Positions 35,527-45,417 of a DNA stretch of 64,000 nucleotides are shown here, piece after piece (position 1 is the first letter of the stretch; each line of letters opens with the position of its first letter). The position numbers and the translations under genes were made by a program. Origin of the DNA: a bacterium (lineage in GTDB: Bacteria; Zhuqueibacterota; Zhuqueibacteria; Residuimicrobiales; Krinioviventaceae); contig CAXXMD010000002.1 in assembly GCA_963675755.2 (NCBI GenBank), positions 1,280,001 to 1,344,000 of the forward strand. The letters run 5' to 3'. Under the pieces are notes generated by a model. It saw only the letters and a program-made list of their open reading frames with translations, did no database searches and was not told the DNA's origin.

Positions 35527-38472
35527 TTATTTGTTTTCAACTGATAATTTAAAATCCTGAAACTCTACCCAATAGGGTACCTTGTCGCAAGAACCGCCGG
35601 CAAGACCAATATCGATGGTTTCATTCAAACCGGGCAGGTCATTGGTGTTACGCTCACGGGTCCATGTTTTACCATCCAGACTTACATAACCGGTAAAACT
35701 GTTGCCATGACGGATCAGTTTCAACCAAACCGGGTATTTTATATCTTCGGGCAGGTTGGCACTGCTTGCCTTGTGCATACAACCATCACCAAACTCGTCA
35801 TAGTTAATACCGGCGCGTCCCGGTGTGGTGAACATGAGTACAGAACCCTTACTGCCTGGTTCAGTATCAAAACTTTTTGATATATCATTACGAGCAAACA
35901 ATCCGGTTCTAAACCATTCATGGGTACGGTTGCCAAAGCCATTTACCTTGACTGTTGCAACAAAATTACCTTTAACACCTTTAAAATAAGCAGAAGCATA
36001 TGAATCTTCAGCATGATAAAAATCAGATCCACTTGCCTCTATTTTAATCTTGTTACCCTTTTTGTCTATATCCACTTTATAGGGAAAAGCCGTTCCTGAG
36101 CAATAAACCTTGAAATCCGATTTCTTGATCTTTACTGGTTGATGAGCAAAAACAGACAGTTTCTTTTGCGGACTGTTGCCAATCTGAACGGTATAGTCCC
36201 CGGCCTTGGGCTCTAGTTCAAACTGCACAGAAACCGAGCTGTTGCCATCTATTTTAATCTGTTTTTGTTGTACAGAAGCGCCATTCATCATTAAAACAGC
36301 ATTTACGGACTGATTCGTCCCGGTTTGGTTCAATGCGGTTGAAGATACAGTAATTATCTCACCTTCAGGTATCAAATCATGATCTAGTATCAGCTCTTTA
36401 TAAACAACCGGTACAAAAGCACCCTGAACGTTGACGGATTGATAGGGTGTATCTCCAATTGCTACACGGTGCTCACCCGGTTCAAATAATCGCAATCCAA
36501 ATTCTATAGTACGGGTATTATTTTGTATTACCGGTATGGATTGTGTTTCATAAACTTTTCCATCCAGATAAAGCTGTACCGGCATAATTCCGGTTGCTCC
36601 TGAATTGTGTACCTGTGCAGTGAGTGTCAAAAAAGTACCGGTTTCAATCGTGCCTGACAGTTTTCTACCATTGGCCTGAATTAAAAGATCCTCAACACTG
36701 AATTCAGGTTCGCCCTCTATAATTCCTTGTGGAGAGATTTCAGGAGCTTCAATTACATAGTTATTACGATAAATATTATCAACCAAATTTGCTGCACAGA
36801 GCTTCATTTCACCCTGTTGTAAATTGTAGAAAATATTCTCTTCCGAAATCCAACCGGATGACATGTTATCAAACCAGAAACCTACATTGTCATTAAAATA
36901 ACCGGCAATTACATCATGCACCAGGTTTCTGCGAACAATTGAATCATAGGTCAAACCAGTGGTTTTAATTGCTCCAGAATCATCCGCGTCTTTTTGCACC
37001 TGGTATAAATGATTATACTCTACCCGATACCCACCTTCAACAGATTCTTCAAGATTACGCCAGCCACCAACTTCAATCGCATAACGTCCGCGCGTATAAC
37101 TGAGCACATTATGAGATATGGTTGTAAATTGTGTATTATTGGCGACGATATTTACACCGCCACAATTGGTAATCACATTACGGGATATGGTTGTTTCCCG
37201 GATTATATCACGCCAATCCATGGGATGGGGATTTCCAATCACATGAATTACGCCACTATCAATCATTTCAAATGAATTGTCCAGAATTTTTGTCAGGTAA
37301 CAGCCATCACCCAGAAAAACACCGGTACCCGCAATAGCGCTTAAACGTGAGCCCACCAGTTCGCAGGAATGAGCATATTCCATTGAAACAGCTTTACCCT
37401 TTTCAAGAGTAGATTCAAAGGTCAGACCATAGATACGCAAATTGCGAACAGGCTTATCCGGTGTGCCCTTGATTACAAACAGCTCTTTGAGTTCAGGGAT
37501 TACAAGGTGTGTCTGGTTAGGATTTGTGCCGTTTTCCGGGATGTAACTGAGTTCTTTTTGCTCATTATCATAAAACCATTCTCCCGGAGCATTCAACAGT
37601 TCTTTTACATTTTCAACATAAAATCGGGGTGGTACTATAACAATACCCGGCTGAGGTTTTTCGAGTGTGGCTACACCTTTTTTTACATCAATGCTTTTTA
37701 TTGAATTTAATCCGGCATGCCAGCGCAGCAATAGTTTGATACGGTTACCTTCCAGACCTTCCCAATCATCCAGATCACCTTTGCGAAAATAAAGTTCAGT
37801 ATCTGTTTTGGAAATAACCGGTGGCGTGAAATATTCTTTGTCCGGTGTGCGTGCCAGAATTTGTTTGCGTCCCTCGGCAACCAACATGTTTACCGAACCG
37901 TCTACTTTGGCTGTCCATTGATCACCTTTTTTACTCCAACCGGATACAGGTTTGCCGCCGGAAATAACAGGCTTTTCACCAGGATACGCAGCCCAGGTTA
38001 CATAATGATCTTTGAGTTTGTGATATTCAAATGCCCCTGTAGGAAGGTTTGTTTCAACTCTCTCTCCACCATCAAGAGAGCCGAAAACAACAGGGGCATT
38101 CAAAGTGTAGAATCCATCACGGATTAAAACGAGTATATCTTTGCCTTTTCCCAGTTCATGTGGCGAACCAATCCAGCGTTTCTCCACGGGTTCATCTTTG
38201 GGGAAATAGACTTGTTTTTTTAAATCTCTTACTGCCTGCTGTGCGCGTGTTATCGTTGCAAATGGGCCATCTGTTTTATTTGCATTAGGTTCTGCTAGTG
38301 TGCCGGACCAGGAATCATTCCCATCCGGAGATACATAAAAGTCTGCTGAGGTTTCGGTGTTGGAATACTGCTGCCATTTTTCACCACGTAGCAATTTACC
38401 ATCTGCCAATGTTATAGATGATAAACAAAAGAAAAGAAAAATCCAAACAATTTTAATTTGATTCCGTGTCAT
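35527..38472 (-). CDS. Right-handed parallel beta-helix protein (GH141-like) with CARDB/Ig and C-terminal lectin-like domains
   Basis: FYVSPDGNDSWSG...DGPFATI, AAYPGEKPVISGG, LARTP, FYVENVKELL..PGEW, YNHL...DSGAI, GFWFDN, VWLKLIRHGNSFTGYVSLDG. Confidence 0.72.
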   Translation of the reverse strand: MTRNQIKIVWIFLFFCLSSITLADGKLLRGEKWQQYSNTETSADFYVSPDGNDSWSGTLAEPNANKTDGPFATITRAQQAVRDLKKQVYFPKDEPVEKRWIGSPHELGKGKDILVLIRDGFYTLNAPVVFGSLDGGERVETNLPTGAFEYHKLKDHYVTWAAYPGEKPVISGGKPVSGWSKKGDQWTAKVDGSVNMLVAEGRKQILARTPDKEYFTPPVISKTDTELYFRKGDLDDWEGLEGNRIKLLLRWHAGLNSIKSIDVKKGVATLEKPQPGIVIVPPRFYVENVKELLNAPGEWFYDNEQKELSYIPENGTNPNQTHLVIPELKELFVIKGTPDKPVRNLRIYGLTFESTLEKGKAVSMEYAHSCELVGSRLSAIAGTGVFLGDGCYLTKILDNSFEMIDSGVIHVIGNPHPMDWRDIIRETTISRNVITNCGGVNIVANNTQFTTISHNVLSYTRGRYAIEVGGWRNLEESVEGGYRVEYNHLYQVQKDADDSGAIKTTGLTYDSIVRRNLVHDVIAGYFNDNVGFWFDNMSSGWISEENIFYNLQQGEMKLCAANLVDNIYRNNYVIEAPEISPQGIIEGEPEFSVEDLLIQANGRKLSGTIETGTFLTLTAQVHNSGATGIMPVQLYLDGKVYETQSIPVIQNNTRTIEFGLRLFEPGEHRVAIGDTPYQSVNVQGAFVPVVYKELILDHDLIPEGEIITVSSTALNQTGTNQSVNAVLMMNGASVQQKQIKIDGNSSVSVQFELEPKAGDYTVQIGNSPQKKLSVFAHQPVKIKKSDFKVYCSGTAFPYKVDIDKKGNKIKIEASGSDFYHAEDSYASAYFKGVKGNFVATVKVNGFGNRTHEWFRTGLFARNDISKSFDTEPGSKGSVLMFTTPGRAGINYDEFGDGCMHKASSANLPEDIKYPVWLKLIRHGNSFTGYVSLDGKTWTRERNTNDLPGLNETIDIGLAGGSCDKVPYWVEFQDFKLSVENK

Positions 38473-38492
38473 TTTACACTCTCCAGATCTTA

Positions 38493-39644
38493 TTATTCAT
38501 TTTTCACCCAACCTTCAGTGAATGTGACATGTTTAATTGTTTTTACATCATGGCTATACGTAGCATGTAACATTTCATCCCGTGTCTGTATTAATGCGGG
38601 GTAATCATAACGACCTTTATCTGATTTTTCAATTTGTTTTTTCCATTTCCAGGTACTCCCCTCATCATCAGACAGAGAGACTACCAGAGAATTTCTTTCT
38701 TCATCAGTATTATCATTATAGATCAACATTACATTTCCGCTTTTCAGGCGTAAAACCTGAATACCCGCTCCCGGATTCGGAAAATCAGTTTCTGTAACCG
38801 GTCCCCAGGTCATTCCCATATCAGTAGACTCGCTTTTACGAATGCGGTCAATGCCGGAAGAATCCCGAAACCAGGCTACCAGCGTTCCATCCTTACGTTC
38901 CAATGCGGTTGGCTGTTCTATCCCATATCCCAATGCAGGCTTTGAGAACTCCCAGGTATTTCCATTGTCCGGAGTTAAAGCCATTGCAGCCAGTCCAAAT
39001 ATCTCTGATGCCATTGGCAGCAGTAATTTGCCATTAGACAATCTGACAGGACTCGTACGGGTAGTCCACCCCAATCGACGGGCAAGTTGACTCTTTAATT
39101 TGGGTTGGGCTTGTTCGCACATTTTTTGAACTTGCAGATTACTCTTGTTCTGGTCACACAACAGTTCAATAGTTTCATCCAAACCATTGGGAATTACCGG
39201 CAGATCTTTTTGAACATACCAGGTAACCGGAGTGCTAAGATAGTCCGATGAAATTTTGTATCTGAGAAAAGCAGTATCCCAGGGTTCCTCAGGTGCGCCC
39301 AATAGCGTATAATAAAATAACCACAATCGTTCCTGTTCATCTATATACAAACAGGGATTATTATCAGAAAGCATGGGAGTATCTGCCAAAAGGAATGGTT
39401 CTGACCAATCAGTCTTTCCTTTCAGGAGCCTTGCTGCCTGGATATGTACATCCCGGCTTTTATCTGACACGCCTTCATACCAGCATGCCAATAACGAACC
39501 ATCAGGGCACTCTACAATTGAAGATGCATGGGTATGCCCATGCAGTTTTTCATCCGGTTGGAAAATAAATTCTCCCTGAATACCGGATTGAGAAAATAAC
39601 ATAGCAGGCAACAGTACAATAAAAAGTAATAAAAAGCTTTTCAT
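38493..39644 (-). CDS. BNR/Asp-box sialidase-like (BNR_2, GH33-like) protein
   Basis: HASSIVECPDG.LLACWY.G and Asp-boxes TPDNGNTW, STDMGMTW, SDDEGSTW. YDYPAL. Start ATG 39644 after GGAGG. Confidence 0.85.
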   Translation of the reverse strand: MKSFLLLFIVLLPAMLFSQSGIQGEFIFQPDEKLHGHTHASSIVECPDGSLLACWYEGVSDKSRDVHIQAARLLKGKTDWSEPFLLADTPMLSDNNPCLYIDEQERLWLFYYTLLGAPEEPWDTAFLRYKISSDYLSTPVTWYVQKDLPVIPNGLDETIELLCDQNKSNLQVQKMCEQAQPKLKSQLARRLGWTTRTSPVRLSNGKLLLPMASEIFGLAAMALTPDNGNTWEFSKPALGYGIEQPTALERKDGTLVAWFRDSSGIDRIRKSESTDMGMTWGPVTETDFPNPGAGIQVLRLKSGNVMLIYNDNTDEERNSLVVSLSDDEGSTWKWKKQIEKSDKGRYDYPALIQTRDEMLHATYSHDVKTIKHVTFTEGWVKNE

Positions 39645-39645
39645 A

Positions 39646-42072
39646 TTACCTCCGATTCTTCGGGTCCCATGGGGGTACAAGGCCTAACTCGTCCGGGGTT
39701 TTGGATATATAATACAGTTCAAATTTCCACCAACTATATCCATGCTCCGGAAAATCTGACAAATACAATGTAACAGCATGATCATTATCTTTTGAAGGCT
39801 GTTCAAGAATAAACGGATGAAATGAACGCGATTGAATATCTACCGGTATAACTGTGCATTCTTCAAGTGGAAGTTTATCGAAAAAATCTGCTCGCATTTC
39901 CTGAATCTGATCATAACGCAAATGTTCAACAATGAGCGAATCAAGCCGAATATGTAACAGATCACGACCATCTACCCTGCCCTGCCAATACATTAATTTG
40001 ACTGCATCGGCTTTATTTTCTTCAAGAATAGAAGCGTATTTTGCCTGCTGGTCATCAATAATCTCATCAATTTCGGTATCATTGGGAGCATGCTTTAATA
40101 CTTTTATTGCAACTTGCGGATCTTTGAGTATTTCTTTAACATTTACCAGCAATTGTTCTGGACCATCAAGACGGTAAATACAATTGGGGGTATTTTTGAA
40201 TGATTGGATTGCAGTGCTTAACTGCATAGCAGTCAATTCCAAAGCCAATCTATTTTTTTCATTTTGCTGGTCGTGATAATTAAAATAGGCAAACAAAGTT
40301 TTTACATAAAAATTATTACTTTCTATTAAACCATATGTCAAATCAACCGAATTTTTGATTTCATGCAGGGTATCTGGCAATTGAGATGCAATAATTTTCA
40401 TTTTTTTACCGAGATCCAAACCATAGTCCAGATACAATAGCGTCTCGGTTTGCCATGGATTACAGCGGTAATATATATTTTTCAGAAATTCCATGTGCTT
40501 CCTGCCGCTGTCCAGTTTAGGCAATCCCTTTGCCGGGAATGTTGTTAATCGCAATTGCAATAAAGAGTTGAACTGCCAATGCGATACGGGTTCAATATAA
40601 ATGCCATATTTATAAGCATTGGGAGACATGAGCAGCAAATCAGTCAGGTGATCTGCATACTCTGTTGAAGCATACAATTTGCTAAAATCCTGGGCAATTT
40701 GACGAATGTCTTCATTCATATTCCAGGATAACCGGTAGACGGTATATGCCGTTAAAGACCAGGTATTCCATTTCATCTGTGATTGCAAACCAAAGTCCGT
40801 TCCCACACAATTAGAGGTCTCACCGGCGAATATGGTACGTAATCCGTTTTGATAATACGCTGCGGGATAGGTTGGAAATATAAAAGCATTATTATGACCA
40901 TGATAATCGAGTGGAGACAATAACACAATCATATTGTGTGGTGTTTGATTAAAAGTGGGATTATAGGGCTGATGAAAATACCGGTCCGTTGTGCTCAGAT
41001 AGGGTGATAAATACAGGTTTCTGACCGGAACATCCTCTGTAAATATACTTTTAAACACCTCAGCCATGGAATGTTGTTCATATGCACTGGTAACCCAGGT
41101 GCGTTGATAGTATATCTTGTCAAATTCACCAACAACAACATTATAGATCTTTTTCACAAAGGTACGATAGCGTTTATCCAGGCTCCAATCGCTCAATGTC
41201 TTGTCATGCATGACATCAAATGCCTTGAAATTACCGCCTACGCGCGTTGCTTCGCCTGTACGCAAACGGATGCCGTCAATTCCCGGCAATGCCTGCAAGA
41301 GGCGTCTATACTTTGCCTGTACGGCATCCCAAAATACAGGATCTTCAGGGTTCAAAGTAGCGCCAAATTCTTTTAACAAGGTGGGATGAAAGGAAAATTC
41401 ATCTTCATAAACGAAATATTTCAGGTGAAGTGTATGGGCATATTCGGCAAGTGCTTTTGCCTCTAGTCGGTTTTTTTCATTTTCAGTTTTCTCGGGTTCT
41501 GCATCCCAAGGTACCAGTTGATTGGCAGAAAAACTGCCCCAAACCCAGGTGGCACCATAGCGCAATGCATTGTGCATATCTTCTTTGGATGCACCACGGG
41601 TAAACCGGATTTTCAAGTCGGGTATACGCAATTCGTTCAACTCGGGCATGTTTCCCTGAATTTTGAGTTGGTCCCAGATGCGATACAAGGCATAAACCTC
41701 AGCAGGGATACTCGCGCCTGCTGTAACGATCACAGTTTTACCACCCAGAAACAGTGTTTTGATCTCATATCCCTGTTCATCAGAGATAGAATCAAGTTTC
41801 AGCTCTTGTTTTTTGACGAGTTTTGCAACAAGCTCATTCCGTTCCGGTGCTCCAACCAGCAGTGTATGATCTGCAAGTTTCATTTTATGGCTTGTAGACA
41901 GATCAATACCAACATCCTCACAAGCGGATTGCAAATCCTGTATTGCTAGTTGAACTGCGGCATCCTGAGCAAGCTCTTTGTCGATAACAATACGCCAGGT
42001 GTTTTGACCGGCATATACTAAACCCGTCAACAGAATGATAAATACTATTCCTGCTCTCATTTTCCCAACCAT
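39646..42072 (-). CDS. Hypothetical secreted protein with GH20b-like N-domain and putative TIM-barrel
   Basis: 808 aa. Signal peptide, QGYEIK, IDGIRLRTGE, YYQRTW, YRLSWN, C-terminal WQGRVDGRD domain. Confidence 0.6.
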   Translation of the reverse strand: MVGKMRAGIVFIILLTGLVYAGQNTWRIVIDKELAQDAAVQLAIQDLQSACEDVGIDLSTSHKMKLADHTLLVGAPERNELVAKLVKKQELKLDSISDEQGYEIKTLFLGGKTVIVTAGASIPAEVYALYRIWDQLKIQGNMPELNELRIPDLKIRFTRGASKEDMHNALRYGATWVWGSFSANQLVPWDAEPEKTENEKNRLEAKALAEYAHTLHLKYFVYEDEFSFHPTLLKEFGATLNPEDPVFWDAVQAKYRRLLQALPGIDGIRLRTGEATRVGGNFKAFDVMHDKTLSDWSLDKRYRTFVKKIYNVVVGEFDKIYYQRTWVTSAYEQHSMAEVFKSIFTEDVPVRNLYLSPYLSTTDRYFHQPYNPTFNQTPHNMIVLLSPLDYHGHNNAFIFPTYPAAYYQNGLRTIFAGETSNCVGTDFGLQSQMKWNTWSLTAYTVYRLSWNMNEDIRQIAQDFSKLYASTEYADHLTDLLLMSPNAYKYGIYIEPVSHWQFNSLLQLRLTTFPAKGLPKLDSGRKHMEFLKNIYYRCNPWQTETLLYLDYGLDLGKKMKIIASQLPDTLHEIKNSVDLTYGLIESNNFYVKTLFAYFNYHDQQNEKNRLALELTAMQLSTAIQSFKNTPNCIYRLDGPEQLLVNVKEILKDPQVAIKVLKHAPNDTEIDEIIDDQQAKYASILEENKADAVKLMYWQGRVDGRDLLHIRLDSLIVEHLRYDQIQEMRADFFDKLPLEECTVIPVDIQSRSFHPFILEQPSKDNDHAVTLYLSDFPEHGYSWWKFELYYISKTPDELGLVPPWDPKNRR

Positions 42073-42084
42073 TTAATACCCCGA

Positions 42085-43251
42085 TTATTTTTCCATAATC
42101 CAATCCGGTTCTACCGATAGATATTTAATAGCTCTACCCGCTTTAACTTTATATGAATATGTCATGTGCAGCTTGCCATCTTTACCTTGTATAATTGAAG
42201 GATATGAAAACTCGGCATGTCCATCAGCCTGGTATTCAATGTGTCGCTTCCATTTCCAGGTTGCACCTTCATCGTCAGACATGGCTAGTGCTAATGAATG
42301 GCGGCCATGTTCCACATCATTAAATAAATTGACCCAGCGTCCGTCTTTTAATGAAATCACTTCAAGACTTGAACCAGAATTGGGAATATCCGTATCTACT
42401 GCCGGTGACCACGTTTCTCCATCGTCTTTTGAAGTACTAATCAATACGCGGTTCGGCGCATCACCCGCATCCCGCAAATATACAACCAGGGTACCATCTT
42501 TTTTTCGTACAATGGATGGCTGCTCGGGAGCATATCCAACTATAGGTAAACTGGCTCGCCAGGTTTCACCCATATCATCGCTAATTGCTATCAGGCAGGT
42601 ATTGAAACCGTCTGAATACAATGGAAGTAGAATTCTACCTGTTGGAAGCACCAACGGATGTATACGCGTCATCCATCCGGTTTGACGTTTTGCAGGTTCT
42701 TTGGCGGCTTGAATTAAAAGTTCTGTATAGGGCAAGGCATATTCAGCCCACATACCTTCATCACGATTTAAAGCTTTAAAATTTTCTTCAAGTTTATCGG
42801 CAAATGCTTCACCCGGCTGCAACAGCATTATATCCTGCCACTGCCAGTTTGGAGCGCCATCTTTCATATAATCAGTTGTGTACCTGTATTTAAGGATAGA
42901 GTATTGCCATCCCTCTGCCTGAACAGCAATCCAAAACAGCCACAGTTTTTCATCTTTATCAATAAATAAAACAGGATTACAATCCGGCAGATTGGGTGTA
43001 TCTGCCATCAGGAACATGTCGCTCCACTCTGTTTCACCCTTTTTCAAACGGGCACCGTTTACTACAACATCGTTTGCTGTACGCTCACCGGAGCCATGAA
43101 ACCAGCACGCCAACAGATCGCCATTCGGGCATTCAACAATACTGCTGCCATGGGTATGTTTGTCCTGTAGATCAAAGATCAGCTTTTCAACCGGCGCTTT
43201 CCCGAATGATACCGTTGTGATCAAAAATATCAGCAGTACAATTTTCTTCAT
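42085..43251 (-). CDS. BNR/Asp-box sialidase-like (BNR_2, GH33-like) protein
   Basis: HTHGSSIVECPNGDLLACWFHG and Asp-boxes SDDMGETW, SKDDGETW, SDDEGATW. FSYPSI. Paralog of 38493..39644. Confidence 0.87.
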   Translation of the reverse strand: MKKIVLLIFLITTVSFGKAPVEKLIFDLQDKHTHGSSIVECPNGDLLACWFHGSGERTANDVVVNGARLKKGETEWSDMFLMADTPNLPDCNPVLFIDKDEKLWLFWIAVQAEGWQYSILKYRYTTDYMKDGAPNWQWQDIMLLQPGEAFADKLEENFKALNRDEGMWAEYALPYTELLIQAAKEPAKRQTGWMTRIHPLVLPTGRILLPLYSDGFNTCLIAISDDMGETWRASLPIVGYAPEQPSIVRKKDGTLVVYLRDAGDAPNRVLISTSKDDGETWSPAVDTDIPNSGSSLEVISLKDGRWVNLFNDVEHGRHSLALAMSDDEGATWKWKRHIEYQADGHAEFSYPSIIQGKDGKLHMTYSYKVKAGRAIKYLSVEPDWIMEK

Positions 43252-43277
43252 GGTACAACCTCCGATGTTTTTTATAA

Positions 43278-45197
43278 TTAAGGTTTAACTATTTTCAATT
43301 CCTTTTCAGGATCAACAAGCCTTGCGTAAAATCCCCAGCTTGCGCCCTGATTTTCTACTTTGGCTAATAAGATATTTTTACCCTTTTTTAATTGTATATC
43401 CAGAAAATCCTGATCTGCAATGGCATTTCTTCCGCCGGTAAATGTATAGATAACCTCGTCATTCAACCAGACTTTGGCACCATCATTACTTCCCAGAGTT
43501 AATGTGACCTTTCGATCATCAGGACTGATAATTTCCGCGCAGGCATAAACCATCCCAATCAATCCGGAGCCGGCATAACGGGAATCAGAACTAAATACTG
43601 ATATAAAATTAAGGTAACCATTTTCAGCTGTTGCTACAGGTTTCCAGTTGACATTTCCGCCCAAACCCTTGTAGGTATTATCAAAAACCAGTTCTTTTTC
43701 CGGAGGATATACCTGATCAAGACCTGTTCCGGTTTCAAAAGGCCCCACAACCTGCCAGTCCCGAATAAATCCATCTGTAGTATTGTGAAGCTCCCACCAA
43801 TCCTTTAACCGTCCGGGTTTGTCAAAGGCAGAACTGTTTTCAATACTGCGTGATTTACCCTGTAAATGAAAAACCTCCAGTGCATTCTCTCGCAATATCC
43901 GGTTTGCAATATCTATTGCCTCCTGCTCCAATAGATACCCGGATTCAACTTTTTCAACAAGTACGTCTGCAACAATCTTTCTTGCCATGACCGAATGCGC
44001 GTATACACATTCAACCACACTGAAATCGCCTCCAAATGCAAGTATCTTGTTAGAGGGTACGGTTTCTATCCATTCATGCAAATAACGTTTTGCATAGGAT
44101 GGAGAAATAATATGCGTCCAGCACATATCGATATAGACATTGGGAAAATTCTTGGCAAGTGTAGACAGTTCACCACCATAAGGATAACTGCCATGGAAAA
44201 TACAAAAATCCACATTGGGATATTCCATAAATAAATTGGCAAGATGTGTAGGATTTGAATTGGTGATAATATTACCATTACCCGCCTGCAATCCTGTATG
44301 GACCTGAAAAGGCAGGCCAAACTCGTCAGTAAGATCCAATATACGATGCATAATGTAATCCTGAAAAGATTGGATCTCTTGAGGAGATGCAGACACATTT
44401 TCATCCATTAGTTTGGCAAATATCTTTTCAGCAGCATCTTCCGATACATTTTCATATTTTATAATACGATTATAAGCCATTCCGGACTTTACCGCAACAA
44501 TGCCATAATCCTGTGCTTGCAGGAACGCGTTTCGCAATGCTGTCTTTACATCTCCCAACTGTTGAATCTGAACACCATATCGGTTACCAATTTGTTCAAA
44601 ATCAGCAGGCGATGTTAACCAGAAAAATTCACCAAAGCGTTCTGCGTGCCGGTAAAATTCCTTGTCCAACTTTTTATGTCCCCTGTCCTGTATCGACAGT
44701 TCAATATTTGCCATATCTTTCAAAATATGTCGATATAAGCCGGGCTTTGTTGCCTCTCGAATTTTTTGAGACAATTCTTCAATGGTGTTTTCATTGATAT
44801 CATCAATTTGGTATATATCACGTGCAGCGATCATGGGGACTCTGCCATATGCGGTTGAACGCATAGCATTATAATAAGGCTCAAATAATTGCCAGCGGTC
44901 CTTAAGAGGAAATCCCTGTCCAAAAATGATTTCAATGATGCCTTTATCATTGGATGCCGAGATGAGATCTTCTTTGGCATAATGACTAAACAGGTAGGTG
45001 AAATCGAGTCGATCCGCCATAGCCAGGCGTTCTTCCTCGGTAATCAGATGCTCATGTGTATCAATAATACGGATATCATTCACATGCTGACGGATTCTTT
45101 GCTCGAAACCTGGTTCAGGAGGAGCAACAAGTTGAATTTGGGTGTAACCAGATACTGCTAAAAAAACAACAAATAGAAAACAACTTTTGAATTTCAT
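43278..45197 (-). CDS. Amidohydrolase_2 family protein with a C-terminal PA14-like module
   Basis: IIDTHEH, FQVHTG, FHGSYPY, NVYIDMCW, AFGGD. C-terminal WQVVGPF...LGSNDGAKVWLN...LKKGKNILLAKV...WGF. Start ATG 45197 after GGAGG. Confidence 0.82.
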   Translation of the reverse strand: MKFKSCFLFVVFLAVSGYTQIQLVAPPEPGFEQRIRQHVNDIRIIDTHEHLITEEERLAMADRLDFTYLFSHYAKEDLISASNDKGIIEIIFGQGFPLKDRWQLFEPYYNAMRSTAYGRVPMIAARDIYQIDDINENTIEELSQKIREATKPGLYRHILKDMANIELSIQDRGHKKLDKEFYRHAERFGEFFWLTSPADFEQIGNRYGVQIQQLGDVKTALRNAFLQAQDYGIVAVKSGMAYNRIIKYENVSEDAAEKIFAKLMDENVSASPQEIQSFQDYIMHRILDLTDEFGLPFQVHTGLQAGNGNIITNSNPTHLANLFMEYPNVDFCIFHGSYPYGGELSTLAKNFPNVYIDMCWTHIISPSYAKRYLHEWIETVPSNKILAFGGDFSVVECVYAHSVMARKIVADVLVEKVESGYLLEQEAIDIANRILRENALEVFHLQGKSRSIENSSAFDKPGRLKDWWELHNTTDGFIRDWQVVGPFETGTGLDQVYPPEKELVFDNTYKGLGGNVNWKPVATAENGYLNFISVFSSDSRYAGSGLIGMVYACAEIISPDDRKVTLTLGSNDGAKVWLNDEVIYTFTGGRNAIADQDFLDIQLKKGKNILLAKVENQGASWGFYARLVDPEKELKIVKP

Positions 45198-45235
45198 CCC
45201 TGCCTCCAAGTATGAAATTTACCCAACCAATCCAA

Positions 45236-45255
45236 TTAGGCAATCGTTTGCCTAA
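45236..45255. promoter_or_regulatory. LacI/GalR-family-type operator at the head of the 33-kb operon
   Basis: TTAGGCAATCGTTTGCCTAA, a near-perfect palindrome with the central CG and flanking AA/TT typical of LacI-family sites, 39 bp upstream of the first start codon. Confidence 0.7.
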
Positions 45256-45261
45256 CTTTAG

Positions 45262-45296
45262 AAAAAATTTCCCAATAGGGTTTAGCTATTGGGAAA
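45262..45296 (-). terminator. Terminator-like hairpin between the CNNM gene and the operon
   Basis: Minus strand reads TTTCCCAATAG-CTAAACC-CTATTGGGAAA-TTTTTT. Confidence 0.6.
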
Positions 45297-45417
45297 AGTA
45301 TTTTTAAATCAAGTAATAACTAGTTCAATATAAGAATAAAGAATTAAAATGCAAGAATAAATCTTGAAGGAACTTGTAAGACAAGGGGTTTTGCAATGTA
45401 TGAAAACATTTTGAACA

